A stretch of 64,000 nucleotides of DNA, taken from positions 224,001 to 288,000 of the forward strand of contig CAVYSW010000010.1 of assembly GCA_963771275.1 (NCBI GenBank). The letters are read 5' to 3'. This stretch comes from an uncultured Gemmatimonadales bacterium. Lineage in GTDB: Bacteria > Gemmatimonadota > Gemmatimonadetes > Gemmatimonadales > GWC2-71-9. The notes below the pieces were generated by a model. That model was not told the DNA's origin and ran no database searches. It worked only from the letters and a program-made list of their open reading frames with translations. Below are positions 1 to 10,460 of the stretch, in pieces; within the stretch, counting starts at the first letter, position 1, and each line of letters opens with the position of its first letter. The position numbers were made by a program, and so were the translations under genes.

Positions 1-2
1 GG

Positions 3-1292
3 GTGGCCACCGACACGCGAACGCTCGGCCCGGGCGACCTGTTCGTGGCCCTGAAGGGCGAGCGGTTCGACGCGCACGACTTCCTGGAGACGGCCCGCGC
101 CGGGGGCGCCGTGGCCGCCGTCGTGCGGCGCGGCACGCCGCCGGTCCCGGGCCTCCTGCTGCTGCCGGTCGACGACCCGCTGCAGGCGCTCGGCCGGCTG
201 GGGCGGCGGCGGCGCGAGGCGGTCCCCGGACCGGTGGTCGCCGTCACCGGCACCAACGGCAAGACGGCCACCAAGGAGCTCGCCGCCCGCGCGCTCGGCG
301 CGGCGTGGCGCGTGCACGCCACCCGCGGGAACCTGAACAACGAGGTCGGCGTGCCGCTCACGATCCTCGATGCTCCGGACGACACGGAAGCGCTCGTGGT
401 CGAAGCAGGCGCGAGCGTGCCGGGCGAGCTCGCACGCCTGCGCGAGGTCATCGCGCCGACGGCCGCGATCGTGACGAACGTGTCGGCCGGTCACCTCCAG
501 GGCTTCGGGGGGCGGGACGGCGTGTTGGCGGAGAAGGTCTCGCTCCTGGCAGGCGTGCCGCTCGCCGTCGTCGGCGTCGAGCCGCCGGCCTTGGCGACGC
601 GCGCCCGCGCCGCCGCCCGCCGCGTGGTGAGCGCGGGTCTCGGCCCCGCCGCGGACGTCCGACCGGACGCGTGGTCGCTCGACGCCGCCGGCCGGGGCGC
701 GATCGTGTTTCGCGGCGTCGCCATCCGGCTGCCGCTCGCGGGACGGCATCAGCTGGAGAACGCGATGCTCGCGCTGGCGCTGGCCGAGCTGCTGGGCCTG
801 GACCCGCGGCCGGTCGGCCGGGCGATGGAGACGGTCTCGCTTCCCGGCGGGCGGTGGGAAGTGCATGATGGTCGGGGGCGCACCGTGATTCACGACGCCT
901 ACAACGCGAATCCCGCGTCGCTGCTCGCCGCGCTGGAAACGGTGGCGGGAATCCGCGGGACCCGGCCGCTCGTGCTCGCGGTCGGGTCGATGCTCGAGCT
1001 GGGCGATACGACGGCGGCGGAGCACGCGCGCCTGGCGGAAGCGATCGTGCGGCTCGAGCCGGCGCTGGTGGGCGCGATCGGTGAGTTCGCGCCGGCGCTC
1101 GAGCGGCACCGCGCCCGACTGGGCGACCGCCTGGTGACGGCACCGGACGCGGACGCGCTGGGACGGGCGCTCGCCCCGCGGCTGCCCGCGCGCGCGCTGG
1201 TCCTGCTCAAGGCCTCCCGCGGCATGCGCCTCGAGCGTGCGCTGCCATACCTTCTTCCCGACAGCGAGGCCCCGTGCTCTACCAGCTGCTGA
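3..1292 (+). CDS. murF: UDP-N-acetylmuramoyl-tripeptide--D-Ala-D-Ala ligase (probably 5'-truncated by window edge)
   Basis: Motifs TDTR..GDLFVALKGERFDAHDF, P-loop TGTNGKT, GNLNNEVGVP, DAYNANP, LLKASRG; directly upstream of mraY. Confidence 0.95.
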   Translation: MATDTRTLGPGDLFVALKGERFDAHDFLETARAGGAVAAVVRRGTPPVPGLLLLPVDDPLQALGRLGRRRREAVPGPVVAVTGTNGKTATKELAARALGAAWRVHATRGNLNNEVGVPLTILDAPDDTEALVVEAGASVPGELARLREVIAPTAAIVTNVSAGHLQGFGGRDGVLAEKVSLLAGVPLAVVGVEPPALATRARAAARRVVSAGLGPAADVRPDAWSLDAAGRGAIVFRGVAIRLPLAGRHQLENAMLALALAELLGLDPRPVGRAMETVSLPGGRWEVHDGRGRTVIHDAYNANPASLLAALETVAGIRGTRPLVLAVGSMLELGDTTAAEHARLAEAIVRLEPALVGAIGEFAPALERHRARLGDRLVTAPDADALGRALAPRLPARALVLLKASRGMRLERALPYLLPDSEAPCSTSC

Positions 1293-2395
1293 CGCCCTAC
1301 GCCCGGGAATTCATCCTCTTCAACCTGTTCAACTACATCTCGTTCCGGGCGGCGGGGGCGGCGGCGACGGCCGTGCTCCTGGCGTTCATCGTGGGGCCGG
1401 CCGTGGTCCGGCGCCTGAAGGCACTCGGCGTGGGGCAGATCATCAGGGCCGAGGGCCCGGCCACGCACCAGAGCAAGCGGGGCACGCCCACGATGGGCGG
1501 CCTGCTGATCCTGCTGTGCACGCTGATCCCGACGCTGCTGTGGGCCCAGCTCGACAACCGCTACGTGCTGGTGGCGTTGGCGGCCACCCTCTGGATGGGC
1601 GCGATCGGGTTCCTGGACGACTACCTCAAGGTCGTGCAGGGGAAGTCGCGCGGCCTCGTGGCCCGCTACAAGCTGGTGGGGCAGGTGACCTTCGGGATCG
1701 TGCTGGGGAGCTACCTCATCTGGCGGCCGCTCACCGACACGCTGCCGGCCACCGCCACCACGGTGCCGTTCTTCAAGTACGTCGTCGTGGTGTTCGTCCC
1801 CGTCGCGTACGTCGCGTTCGTCACGTTCGTCCTGGCGGGGACGAGCAACGCGGTGAACATCACCGACGGGCTCGACGGGCTCGCCATCGGGCTCACGGGG
1901 ATCGCGGCCGCCACCTTCGCGGTCTTCGCCTACATGTTCGGGCGCGTGGACGCCTCCGAGTATCTGCGGATCTTCTACCTGCGGGGCGCCGGGGAGCTGA
2001 CCGTCTTCCTGGCGTCGCTGATGGGCGCGGCCATCGGGTTTCTCTGGTTCAACGCCCATCCGGCGCAGGTGTTCATGGGCGACACGGGCAGCCTCGCGAT
2101 CGGGGGCGCCTTCGGGACGGTGGCCATCTTGCTCAAGTCGGAGTTCCTGCTGCTGATGGTGGGCGGCGTGTTCGTGGCGGAGACGGTGTCGGTGATCCTC
2201 CAGACCTCGGTCTTCAAATGGCACCGCCGCCGCCGGGGCAGGGAATACGCCGAGCAGCATCGCGTGTTCCGCATGGCGCCCCTGCATCACCACTTCGAGA
2301 AGATCGGCTGGGTCGAGTCCAAGATCGTGACCCGGTTCTACATCATCGGGCTGCTGTGCGCCCTCTTCGCCCTGTCCAGTCTCAAGATCCGGTGA
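1274..2395 (+). CDS. mraY: Phospho-N-acetylmuramoyl-pentapeptide transferase
   Basis: K.GTPTMGG, GFLDDYLK, NAVNITDGLDGL, FMGDTGS, MAPLHHHFE; multiple TM helices. Confidence 0.97.
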   Translation: MLYQLLTPYAREFILFNLFNYISFRAAGAAATAVLLAFIVGPAVVRRLKALGVGQIIRAEGPATHQSKRGTPTMGGLLILLCTLIPTLLWAQLDNRYVLVALAATLWMGAIGFLDDYLKVVQGKSRGLVARYKLVGQVTFGIVLGSYLIWRPLTDTLPATATTVPFFKYVVVVFVPVAYVAFVTFVLAGTSNAVNITDGLDGLAIGLTGIAAATFAVFAYMFGRVDASEYLRIFYLRGAGELTVFLASLMGAAIGFLWFNAHPAQVFMGDTGSLAIGGAFGTVAILLKSEFLLLMVGGVFVAETVSVILQTSVFKWHRRRRGREYAEQHRVFRMAPLHHHFEKIGWVESKIVTRFYIIGLLCALFALSSLKIR

Positions 2396-3735
2396 TTCCG
2401 GCCGGCTGGCGCCGCGGTGAGGTCGCGGTGATCGGACTCGCCCGCACTGGCGCGGCGGCCAGTCGCTGGCTCGCGGCGCAGGGCGTCTCGGTCTACGCGT
2501 CGGACCGGGCGGCCGCCGGCCTCGAAGAGACCGCCCGCGCGCTCGGTGCCCTGGGCGTCGCCGTGGAGCTCGGCCGCCACGACCTGGAGCGGATCGCGCG
2601 CGCGACGGTGGTCATTGCCTCGCCGGGCGTGCCACCCGACGCGGAGCCGCTCGTCGCCGCGCGGCACGCCGGGGTCGCCGTCCGCTCGGAGATCGACCTC
2701 GCGGCGCAGGCACTCCGGACGACGCGCCTGATCGTGATCACCGGCACGAACGGCAAGAGCACGGTGACCGCGTTGATCGCCCACCTGATGGAGCGGGGGG
2801 GGATCGCGTGCCCGGCGGCGGGGAACATCGGGCGGCCGCTGATCGCCCTGGCGCTCGACTCCACGCCGCCGCCGTGGGCCTCGGTCGAGGTCTCGTCCTT
2901 CCAGCTGCACGACTCGCCCGACCTCCGGCCCGCCGTGGGGGTGCTGACGAACCTCTCCCCCGATCACCTGGACCGGTATCCCAGCGTCGCAGCCTACTAC
3001 GACGACAAGCGGCTCCTGTTCCGCAACGCGGACGCGGCGTCGCGCTGGGTGCTCAACGGCGATGACGACGCGGTGCTCGCCCTGGCACGGGGTGCCGCGG
3101 GAGCCCATTGCACGTGGCGGCTCGCCGGGCAGGCCGACGCCTGGCTGGACCGGGCGGGGGACGCGCTCATGCTCGACGCCGCGCCGCTGCTCCCGCGGGG
3201 CGACCTGCCGCTGCTCGGCGAGCACAACGTCGCGAACGCCCTGGCCGCGATTCTCGCGACGCGGGCGGCGGGACTTCCGCGCGAGGCGATCCGCGACGGG
3301 CTGCGCACGTTCCGCGGACTGCCTCACCGGCTCGAGATCGTGCGAACCGTGGCCGGGGTCGTGTGGATCAACGACTCTAAGGCGACGAACGTCGCGTCCA
3401 CGGCGGTGGGGGCGCGCGCGATGGACCGCCCGTTCGTGCTGATCCTCGGGGGGCGCCACAAGGGCGAGCCGTACACGTCGCTCGGGCCGGTTCTGGAGGG
3501 CCGCTGCCGGCACGTCCTGGCGTACGGCGAAGCCGGGCCGCTGATCGTCGCGGATCTCGGCCGGGTGCTGCCCGTGACACAGGTGTCCACGCTGGAGCAG
3601 GCCGTGGCCGATGCCCGGCGCCGCGCGGCACCCGGCGACGTGGTGCTGCTGTCGCCGGCGTGCTCGAGCTTCGACCTGTTCAGCAACTACGAGCAGCGCG
3701 GCGCGACGTTCCGCGCGCTGGTGGAAGCCCTGTGA
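2392..3735 (+). CDS. murD: UDP-MurNAc-L-Ala--D-glutamate ligase
   Basis: GTG overlaps mraY stop (GTGA); VIGLARTG, SPGVP, ITGTNGKST, EVSSFQL, PDHLDRY, NDSKATN, LLSPACSSFD. Confidence 0.96.
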   Translation: MIPAGWRRGEVAVIGLARTGAAASRWLAAQGVSVYASDRAAAGLEETARALGALGVAVELGRHDLERIARATVVIASPGVPPDAEPLVAARHAGVAVRSEIDLAAQALRTTRLIVITGTNGKSTVTALIAHLMERGGIACPAAGNIGRPLIALALDSTPPPWASVEVSSFQLHDSPDLRPAVGVLTNLSPDHLDRYPSVAAYYDDKRLLFRNADAASRWVLNGDDDAVLALARGAAGAHCTWRLAGQADAWLDRAGDALMLDAAPLLPRGDLPLLGEHNVANALAAILATRAAGLPREAIRDGLRTFRGLPHRLEIVRTVAGVVWINDSKATNVASTAVGARAMDRPFVLILGGRHKGEPYTSLGPVLEGRCRHVLAYGEAGPLIVADLGRVLPVTQVSTLEQAVADARRRAAPGDVVLLSPACSSFDLFSNYEQRGATFRALVEAL

Positions 3736-4862
3736 CGAGCCCGACGTTCGCGACGCCGGTCAACTGGGAAGGCCGGCTGCTCGCCGCCGTGACGGCGGCG
3801 CTCGCCGTGTTCGGCGTGGCGGCTGTCTACGGCGCGTCATCGATCTTGGCGGTGCAGCAAGACCACGCGGGGTCGTACTACGCGCTGCGACAGCTGCTGG
3901 GGGTGGTGGCCGGCGGCGTGCTCCTGGTGGTCGCCGCCCGGGTGGATTACCACGTGTGGCAGCGGCTCGCCTGGCCGATGGTCCTCGTGGCCCTCGTGGT
4001 CCTCACCATCCCGTACGTGCCCGGCCTCCGCGCCATCGCCCCCGAGCTGAACGGGGCGCGACGGTGGATCCGCGCCGGGCCGGTCCAGCTCCAGCCGTCG
4101 GAGTTCGCGAAGTTCGCGATCGTGGCGTGGGCCGCGGCGCTGGCGGCGAAGAAGGGCGACCTGGTGCGCGAATTCAAGCGCGGCGTCCTGCCGTTCCTGG
4201 TGATCGTGGGACCGCTCTGCGCCCTCATCCTGTTCCAGCCCAATCTCTCGACCGCGACCCTCGCGGCGATTCTCCTGGGCGTCGTGCTGTTCACCGCGGG
4301 CGCCAAGATCGGCCACTTCCTCCTCCTGCTGCTCGCGGCGATCCCGATCGCCTGGCACGAGCTGACACAGGTCCAGTACCGGCTGGCGCGCGTGCTCACG
4401 TTCCTGAGCACGGGGACGGACGCCAGCGAGACGAGCTGGCAGATCAAGCAGTCGCTCATCGGCATGGGTGCGGGGCGCGCGTTCGGCGTGGGGTTCGGCC
4501 AGGGGCTGCAGAAGCTCGGATACCTCCCGCTCGCGTTCTCGGATTTCATCTTCAGCACGATCGGGGAGGAGTGGGGCTTCGTCGGCGTGATGGTGATCGT
4601 GGTGCTGTTCGCGCTCTACGTCTGGATGGGGCTGCGCATTGCCCGAAGGGCGCCCGACCGGTTCGGGCTGCTGCTCGCCGCGGGTCTCACCGCGATGATT
4701 GGCGTAACGGCGTTCCTGCACATGGCCGTGACCGTGGCACTGGTTCCCACCACCGGCTTGCCGCTGCCGTTCGTCTCCTACGGTCGCTCGGCGCTGCTGG
4801 TCGCCCTCTTCGCGACCGGTGTGGTCGTCAACATCGGGCGGCAGGCGGCGCGGCGGCGATGA
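3732..4862 (+). CDS. ftsW: Cell division peptidoglycan polymerase FtsW (SEDS)
   Basis: GTGA overlap; NGARRWI, QPSEFAK, SDFIFSTIGEEWG, PTTGLPLPFVSYG; between murD and murG. Confidence 0.95.
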   Translation: MTSPTFATPVNWEGRLLAAVTAALAVFGVAAVYGASSILAVQQDHAGSYYALRQLLGVVAGGVLLVVAARVDYHVWQRLAWPMVLVALVVLTIPYVPGLRAIAPELNGARRWIRAGPVQLQPSEFAKFAIVAWAAALAAKKGDLVREFKRGVLPFLVIVGPLCALILFQPNLSTATLAAILLGVVLFTAGAKIGHFLLLLLAAIPIAWHELTQVQYRLARVLTFLSTGTDASETSWQIKQSLIGMGAGRAFGVGFGQGLQKLGYLPLAFSDFIFSTIGEEWGFVGVMVIVVLFALYVWMGLRIARRAPDRFGLLLAAGLTAMIGVTAFLHMAVTVALVPTTGLPLPFVSYGRSALLVALFATGVVVNIGRQAARRR

Positions 4863-5947
4863 TCCGCGTGCTGCTGGCCGGCGGGGGGACCGGTGGTCAC
4901 CTGATGCCGGCGCTGGCGCTGGCCGACGCACTGCGGGCGGCGCGGGCGGATCTCGAGCCGGTGCTGGTGGGAGCGCTGCGCGGCGTGGAGGCGACGGTGC
5001 TGCCGGGCCGGGCCTACCGCTACCATCTGCTCCCCGCCGAGCCGATCTACCGCCGCGCCTGGTGGCGCAACGTCCGCTGGCCTCTGCTGTGGCCCCGCCT
5101 CTGGCGGGCGACGCGCGCCGTGCTCGCGGAAGAGCGGCCGCGGCTCGTCGTGGGCACCGGAGGCTATGCTGCAGGCCTGGTCCTGCTCGCCGCGCATCGC
5201 GCGGGAATCCCGATCGCCCTGCAGGAGCAGAATGCCTACCCGGGGGTCACTTCGCGCCGGGCTGCGCGCTGGGCGGCCCAGGTCCACCTTGGCTTTCCCG
5301 AGGCGGCCCGCCGGATCCGGCCGGGTCGCCGGACGACGGTCTACAGCCTGGGGAACCCGATCGTGCCCCCACCGGTGGAGCGATCGCGGGCGGAGGCGTG
5401 CCGCGCGCTGGGCCTGGATCCCGGCCGGCCGGTCGTCCTCGTGACGGGCGGGAGCCAGGGGGCGCGGGCCGTCAACCGTGCCGTTGCGGAGGTGCTCGCG
5501 GCGGGCGGATTCGGCGACGCGGCTCTGCTGTGGAGCACCGGCGCCGCCACGCACGCGGACTACGCCGCGCTGGACCGGCCTCCCGTGGTTCAGGTGCGGC
5601 CGTTCTGGGATCCGATCGCGACGGCGTACGCCGCCGCCGACCTCGTGGTGGCCCGTGCCGGAGCGATGAGCGTGGCGGAGCTTGCAGCCTGGGGCCTCCC
5701 CAGCATCCTCGTCCCGCTCCCCACGGCGGCGGCGGACCACCAGAGCGCGAACGCCCGCGCGATCGATGCGGCCGGGGCCGCCATTCACCTGCCGGAGGGC
5801 GCGTTGAGCGGCACGCGGCTCGCGCGGGAAGTGCGTGGCCTGCTCGCGAACCCGACGCGGCTGAAGGCAATGGCGGAGGCCGCTCGCCAACGGGGGCAGC
5901 CGGACGCCGCCCGGGCAATTGCGGCGTGCCTGCTCGACCTCCTGTAA
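4859..5947 (+). CDS. murG: Lipid I N-acetylglucosaminyltransferase
   Basis: ATGA overlap; AGGGTGGH, GTGGY, QEQNAYPG, TGGSQGA, RAGAMSVAE, DHQ..NA. Confidence 0.96.
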   Translation: MIRVLLAGGGTGGHLMPALALADALRAARADLEPVLVGALRGVEATVLPGRAYRYHLLPAEPIYRRAWWRNVRWPLLWPRLWRATRAVLAEERPRLVVGTGGYAAGLVLLAAHRAGIPIALQEQNAYPGVTSRRAARWAAQVHLGFPEAARRIRPGRRTTVYSLGNPIVPPPVERSRAEACRALGLDPGRPVVLVTGGSQGARAVNRAVAEVLAAGGFGDAALLWSTGAATHADYAALDRPPVVQVRPFWDPIATAYAAADLVVARAGAMSVAELAAWGLPSILVPLPTAAADHQSANARAIDAAGAAIHLPEGALSGTRLAREVRGLLANPTRLKAMAEAARQRGQPDAARAIAACLLDLL

Positions 5948-6002
5948 CCTCTCGTTAGGCTTTCGTAACTGTTGATTTGGTCTTATATTAGCTGCCCAAC
6001 CA

Positions 6003-7382
6003 ATGCGTCTTTTCGCCCCGGACGATCCCCGCCCCATCCATTTCCTTGGGATAGCCGGCGCAGGGATGAGTGCCTTGGCGCTGATGGCCCGGCGGCGGGG
6101 CGTGGCGGTCACCGGATGTGATACCGATCCGGCTGCGGCGGCGGACGTAGCGCGTGCCGGCGCCGAGGTGCACCGGGGACACGATCCGGGCCATGTCGTC
6201 GGAGCTCGCGCGGTCGTCTACACGGCCGCCGTGCCGGGGGATCATCCGGAACTCGAAGCCGCGCGCGCAACCGGGATTCCGGTGATTCGGCGGGCTGTGG
6301 CGCTGCGGGAAGCCGTTTCCACCGGTACCGTCGTGGGGGTTGCAGGGACTCATGGCAAGACGACCACGACGGTGATGGTGACCGAGGCGCTCGCGGCGGC
6401 AGGGCTGCACCCCACCGGACTCGCGGGCGGGCGGGTGGCGGCGTGGGGTGGCAACGCGCGGCTCGGCGGCGAGCGGCTGTTCGTCGTCGAGGCCGACGAG
6501 TACGACCGGTCGTTTCTCGAGCTGTGGCCTACCGTCGCGGTCGTGAACAACGTCGAAGCGGATCACCTGGAATGCTACGGTTCGGTCGAGCAGCTCGAGG
6601 CGGCGTTCACCGAGTACGCGGGGCGCGCGGAGCGGGTGCTTGTCGGCGTCGATGATGCCGGCGCTGCGCGCGTCGGGCGGGCGGCGGGGAAGCCGACGTG
6701 GTGCGTTGGGTTGCGGGAGGGGGCCGACCTGAGGATCGCCGATGTCGCGCAGGACCGGCGGGGAAGTCGGGCGCGACTGGCGCTGCCGGACGGCGAGCGG
6801 GTGACGCTGCGGCTGCGCGTGCCGGGGCTGCACAACGTGCGCAACGCGGCGATGGCGGTCGGCGTGGCGCGGGCGCTGAGCGCCGATCTCGCCCCCGTGC
6901 TCGAGTCGCTGGCGGAATTTGGTGGGGTGGGGCGGCGGTTCGAATTGGTCGGCGAGGCGCGCGGCGTGACGGTCGTGGACGACTACGCGCACCACCCGAC
7001 CGAGGTGGCGGCCACGCTCGCAGCGGCACGGCAACGGTTTCCGGAGGCGCGACTGGTCGCGGTGTTTCAGCCGCATCTGTTCTCGCGCACGGCCACCCAC
7101 GGGGAGGCGCTGGGGGTGGCCCTGTCGCTCGCCGACGTGGTCGTCGTCACGGACGTGTACGCGGCCCGCGAACGCCCGATGGCCGGCGTCTCCGGCACGC
7201 TGGTGCACGACGCGGCCCGCCGCGCGGGCGCGGAGACGATCTGGGTGCCGGAGCGCGGCGCGCTGGCGGACCGCGTGGCGGCGCTGGTGCGGGCGGGCGA
7301 CGTGGTGCTGACGCTGGGCGCCGGGGACATTACAACCGTGGGGCCGCAGCTGCTCGAGCGGCTGCGCGGGGAGGCCGCGTGA
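6003..7382 (+). CDS. murC: UDP-N-acetylmuramate--L-alanine ligase
   Basis: HFLGIAGAGMS, GTHGKTTTT, EADEYDRSF, DDYAHHPTE, FQPHLFSRT, LTLGAGDI. Confidence 0.96.
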   Translation: MRLFAPDDPRPIHFLGIAGAGMSALALMARRRGVAVTGCDTDPAAAADVARAGAEVHRGHDPGHVVGARAVVYTAAVPGDHPELEAARATGIPVIRRAVALREAVSTGTVVGVAGTHGKTTTTVMVTEALAAAGLHPTGLAGGRVAAWGGNARLGGERLFVVEADEYDRSFLELWPTVAVVNNVEADHLECYGSVEQLEAAFTEYAGRAERVLVGVDDAGAARVGRAAGKPTWCVGLREGADLRIADVAQDRRGSRARLALPDGERVTLRLRVPGLHNVRNAAMAVGVARALSADLAPVLESLAEFGGVGRRFELVGEARGVTVVDDYAHHPTEVAATLAAARQRFPEARLVAVFQPHLFSRTATHGEALGVALSLADVVVVTDVYAARERPMAGVSGTLVHDAARRAGAETIWVPERGALADRVAALVRAGDVVLTLGAGDITTVGPQLLERLRGEAA

Positions 7383-8056
7383 AGCGGCGCGGTCGTCTCA
7401 CCCTCGTCGCGCTGGCCGGGGTGCTGGCCGCGGTCGCCGCGCCGCTGCTGTTGCGCCGCGTGCCGTTCTTCCGGGTACGCCGGGTCGAGGTGGTGGGCGT
7501 GCGCTATCTGGCGCCTGAACGGGTCGTCGCGGCGCTGCAGCTAGCCGCGGATCAGAATCTGTTCGATCCGACGGGCGGTCCGGAGGAGCGCGTGGCGGCG
7601 TTGCCGGGCGTGGTCCGCGCGACGGTGTCGCGCCGGCTCCCCGCCACCCTGCGCGTGAGCGTCGTGGAGGAGTTGCCCATGGCGCTGGTGTCGGGCAAGG
7701 AGGGGATGGTCCCGCTCGACTGCGACGGCGAGGCGCTCCCGTATGAGCCCTCCCGGTCGGGGCTGGCGCTGCCGATCGTCGCGCGGGCCGACACCGTGCT
7801 GGTCCGGGCGCTGTGCGTGGTGCGCGCGGGGGACTCGACGTTGTATGATGCGGTGGACGCGGTCCGCCCGGGCGGGGGCGGGTCGGTGATTCTGGATCTC
7901 GGGCGGCAGCGGGTGCGGTTGCGCGGTGCTCCCACGACCGATGAGGTGCGGGCGGTGGCGATGGTGATGCGGCAACTCGAAGCGACCGGGCGGACGGTGG
8001 ATGAGGTGGACGCGCGGTTCAGCGGGCGGATCTACGCGCGGCGGGGGCGGTCGTGA
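7379..8056 (+). CDS. ftsQ: Cell division protein FtsQ/DivIB
   Basis: GTGA overlap; N-terminal TM, POTRA-like FRVRRVEVVG...VSRRLPATLRVSVVE, C-terminal VDARF; between murC and ftsA. Confidence 0.85.
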   Translation: MKRRGRLTLVALAGVLAAVAAPLLLRRVPFFRVRRVEVVGVRYLAPERVVAALQLAADQNLFDPTGGPEERVAALPGVVRATVSRRLPATLRVSVVEELPMALVSGKEGMVPLDCDGEALPYEPSRSGLALPIVARADTVLVRALCVVRAGDSTLYDAVDAVRPGGGGSVILDLGRQRVRLRGAPTTDEVRAVAMVMRQLEATGRTVDEVDARFSGRIYARRGRS

Positions 8057-9285
8057 AACGGGAGCGGTTGGTCGCCGGGCTCGATCTCGGCACCACGAAG
8101 ACCTGCGCGGTGATCGCGGAGGCGACGGGAAGCACGCGCGCGCCGGGGGTCAAGGTGCTCGGGGTCGGCATCGCGAAGAGCAGCGGGATTCGCCGCGGCA
8201 TGGTCCGCGACATCGAAGAGACGATGCGCGGGGTCTCGCAGGCGGTGCGGGACGCGGAGCGGATGGCGGGGGTCGAGGTGCCGGCGCTGTGCTGCGGGGT
8301 GGCCGGCGAGCACGTGGCCACCCGCACGGAAGCCGGGCTGGCGTCGGTGAGCGGTGACGAGATCGGCCGGGCCGACGTCCAGCGCGTCGACGATGTGGCC
8401 AAGGCCGTGAGCCTCGGCCCCGATCGCGAGCTGCTGCACTTCATCCCCCAGGAATACCGGGTCGACGGCCAGGGCGGCATCAGCGATCCGGTCGGCATGA
8501 CGGGGCTGCGGCTCGAGGTCGACATGTACCTGGTGTCGATCCAGAGCACGGCGGTGCAGAACCTGCGCCGGGCCGTCGAGCGGGCCGGCTACAAGCTCGC
8601 CGGCCTGGTGCTCGAGCCGCTCGCCTCCGCGGGCGCCGTGTTGACCGAGGAAGAGCGGGAGCTGGGGTGCGTCATGGTCGAGCTGGGCGGCGCCTCGACG
8701 AACCTCGCGATCTTCAAGGACGGCAAGATCCGGCACTACGCGTCCCTCCCGTTTGCCGGAGCGCACGTGACCAGCGACATTGTGCAGGGTCTCGGGGTGA
8801 CGCAGGTGGACGCGGAGCGCCTCAAGGAGCGGTTCGGCGTGGCGTACACGCCGCTGGTGGATCCGGAGGAGACGATCGAGCTGCCGGGGACACCCGGTCA
8901 GGGGCCGCGCCGCGCCAAGCGCGAGTTGCTCGCGCACATCATCCATCAGCGGACCGACGAGATCCTCGGGCTGGTCCAGCGGGATCTCGATGCGGTGGGG
9001 TACGCGGGCCGGCTGCCCGCGGGGGCGGTCCTGACGGGTGGGGGCGCGCACCTCGCCGGCATCATCGAGTTGACGCGCGAGGTGCTGGCGATGCCCGTGC
9101 GACTGGGCGTCCCGGACCGCGCGGTGAGCGGCCTGGTGGACAGCGTCGCGGCGCCGCGGTATGCCGTGTCGGTGGGGCTCACGCTCTGGGCGGCCCGCCA
9201 GCGGCTGGCTGGCGTGACCGACGGTGCGATTCCGGTTGAGCGGTTCTTGGGTCCGGTCAAGCGTTGGCTGCAGGACTTCTTCTGA
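8053..9285 (+). CDS. ftsA: Cell division protein FtsA
   Basis: [33 protein letters not shown]-terminal amphipathic helix VKRWLQDFF. Confidence 0.96.
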   Translation: MKRERLVAGLDLGTTKTCAVIAEATGSTRAPGVKVLGVGIAKSSGIRRGMVRDIEETMRGVSQAVRDAERMAGVEVPALCCGVAGEHVATRTEAGLASVSGDEIGRADVQRVDDVAKAVSLGPDRELLHFIPQEYRVDGQGGISDPVGMTGLRLEVDMYLVSIQSTAVQNLRRAVERAGYKLAGLVLEPLASAGAVLTEEERELGCVMVELGGASTNLAIFKDGKIRHYASLPFAGAHVTSDIVQGLGVTQVDAERLKERFGVAYTPLVDPEETIELPGTPGQGPRRAKRELLAHIIHQRTDEILGLVQRDLDAVGYAGRLPAGAVLTGGGAHLAGIIELTREVLAMPVRLGVPDRAVSGLVDSVAAPRYAVSVGLTLWAARQRLAGVTDGAIPVERFLGPVKRWLQDFF

Positions 9286-9311
9286 GCGCAGAGAGGGGTC
9301 TGGAGCAACCT

Positions 9312-10460
9312 ATGGTCTTCGAGCTCGAGGAAACGACGTCGCAGCGCGCCCGCATGAAGGTGGTTGGGGTCGGGGGCGGCGGCGGGAACGCCGTCAACCG
9401 CATGATCGACGAGCGCCTCTCGGGAGTCGAGTTCATCTCGGTCAACACGGACGCCCAGGCCCTGCTGCACAACAAGGCGGACGTGAAGGTCCAGATCGGC
9501 AAGCGACTCACCCGGGGGCTGGGTGCCGGGGCGCGGCCCGAGATCGGCCGGCAGGCGATCGAGGAAACCCGCGACGAGGTGCTGCGCGTGCTCGACGGAG
9601 CCGATCTTGTGTTCGTGACGTGTGGGATGGGGGGCGGGACGGGCACCGGCGCGGCGCCGATCATCGCTCAGCTGGCGCGCGACGTGGGGGCGCTCACGGT
9701 GGGCATCATCACGCGGCCGTTCCTGTTCGAGGGGCGGAAGCGGATGCGCCAGGCCGAGATCGGCTTCTCCGAAATGCGCAAGCACGTCGATACGATGATC
9801 GTGGTGCCGAACGAGCGGCTGTTGGCCGTGGTGGGCAAGAACGTGCCGTTCCAGGAGGCGCTCAAGAAGGCCGACGAGGTGCTGCTGCACGCCACGCAGG
9901 GGATCTCGACGCTGGTCAGCGTAACCGGGCTGGTGAACGTCGACTTCGCCGACGTCCGGACCGTGATGCAGAACGGCGGCTCAGCGCTGATGGGCACCGG
10001 GATCGGGCGGGGCGAGGACCGCGCCCTCGAAGCCGCGCAGCAGGCGATCTCGAGCCCGCTGCTCGACGACGTGTCGATCGCCGGCTCTACTGGCGTGCTG
10101 GTGAACATCACGGGCGGGGAAGACCTCACGCTCGGCGAGGTCAATCAGATCAGCGAAATCGTGCACGACGCGGCGGGCGACGAGGCGGAGATCATCTTTG
10201 GTGCGGTGCACGACCCGGCGATGGCGGGCGAGGTGCGCGTCACGGTGATCGCCACCGGGTTCGACAAGCAGGCGGCGCAGCAGGAAGGTCCGCTCGGTCG
10301 CGGGATCCCCAACGTGCTGCCGTTCCCGCAGCGCACGCCGGCCCGCCCCGCCGCGCGGCCGTCGGCGCCGCGCCCCGCCACGCCGACGCCGGGGGCCCCC
10401 GAGGTTCCCGACGTGACGGAAATGGAGATCCCGACCTTCATCCGGCGGCAGATGGACTGA
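9312..10460 (+). CDS. ftsZ: Cell division protein FtsZ
   Basis: [13 protein letters not shown], tubulin signature [17 protein letters not shown]-terminal EIPTFIR; ATG at 9312 preceded by GGAG. Confidence 0.98.
   Translation: MVFELEETTSQRARMKVVGVGGGGGNAVNRMIDERLSGVEFISVNTDAQALLHNKADVKVQIGKRLTRGLGAGARPEIGRQAIEETRDEVLRVLDGADLVFVTCGMGGGTGTGAAPIIAQLARDVGALTVGIITRPFLFEGRKRMRQAEIGFSEMRKHVDTMIVVPNERLLAVVGKNVPFQEALKKADEVLLHATQGISTLVSVTGLVNVDFADVRTVMQNGGSALMGTGIGRGEDRALEAAQQAISSPLLDDVSIAGSTGVLVNITGGEDLTLGEVNQISEIVHDAAGDEAEIIFGAVHDPAMAGEVRVTVIATGFDKQAAQQEGPLGRGIPNVLPFPQRTPARPAARPSAPRPATPTPGAPEVPDVTEMEIPTFIRRQMD

Noticed and set aside
1237..2391. Apparent long N-terminal extensions or fusions in the ORF track (murD; also murG, M23, miaB, selB)
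   Set aside because: Real starts lie at (A/G)TGA-type overlaps with the upstream stop; the extensions are off-frame readings of the previous gene.
5955..5990. dif (XerCD) site in the murG-murC spacer
   Set aside because: No TTATGTTAAAT-like XerD arm with 11-6-11 geometry.
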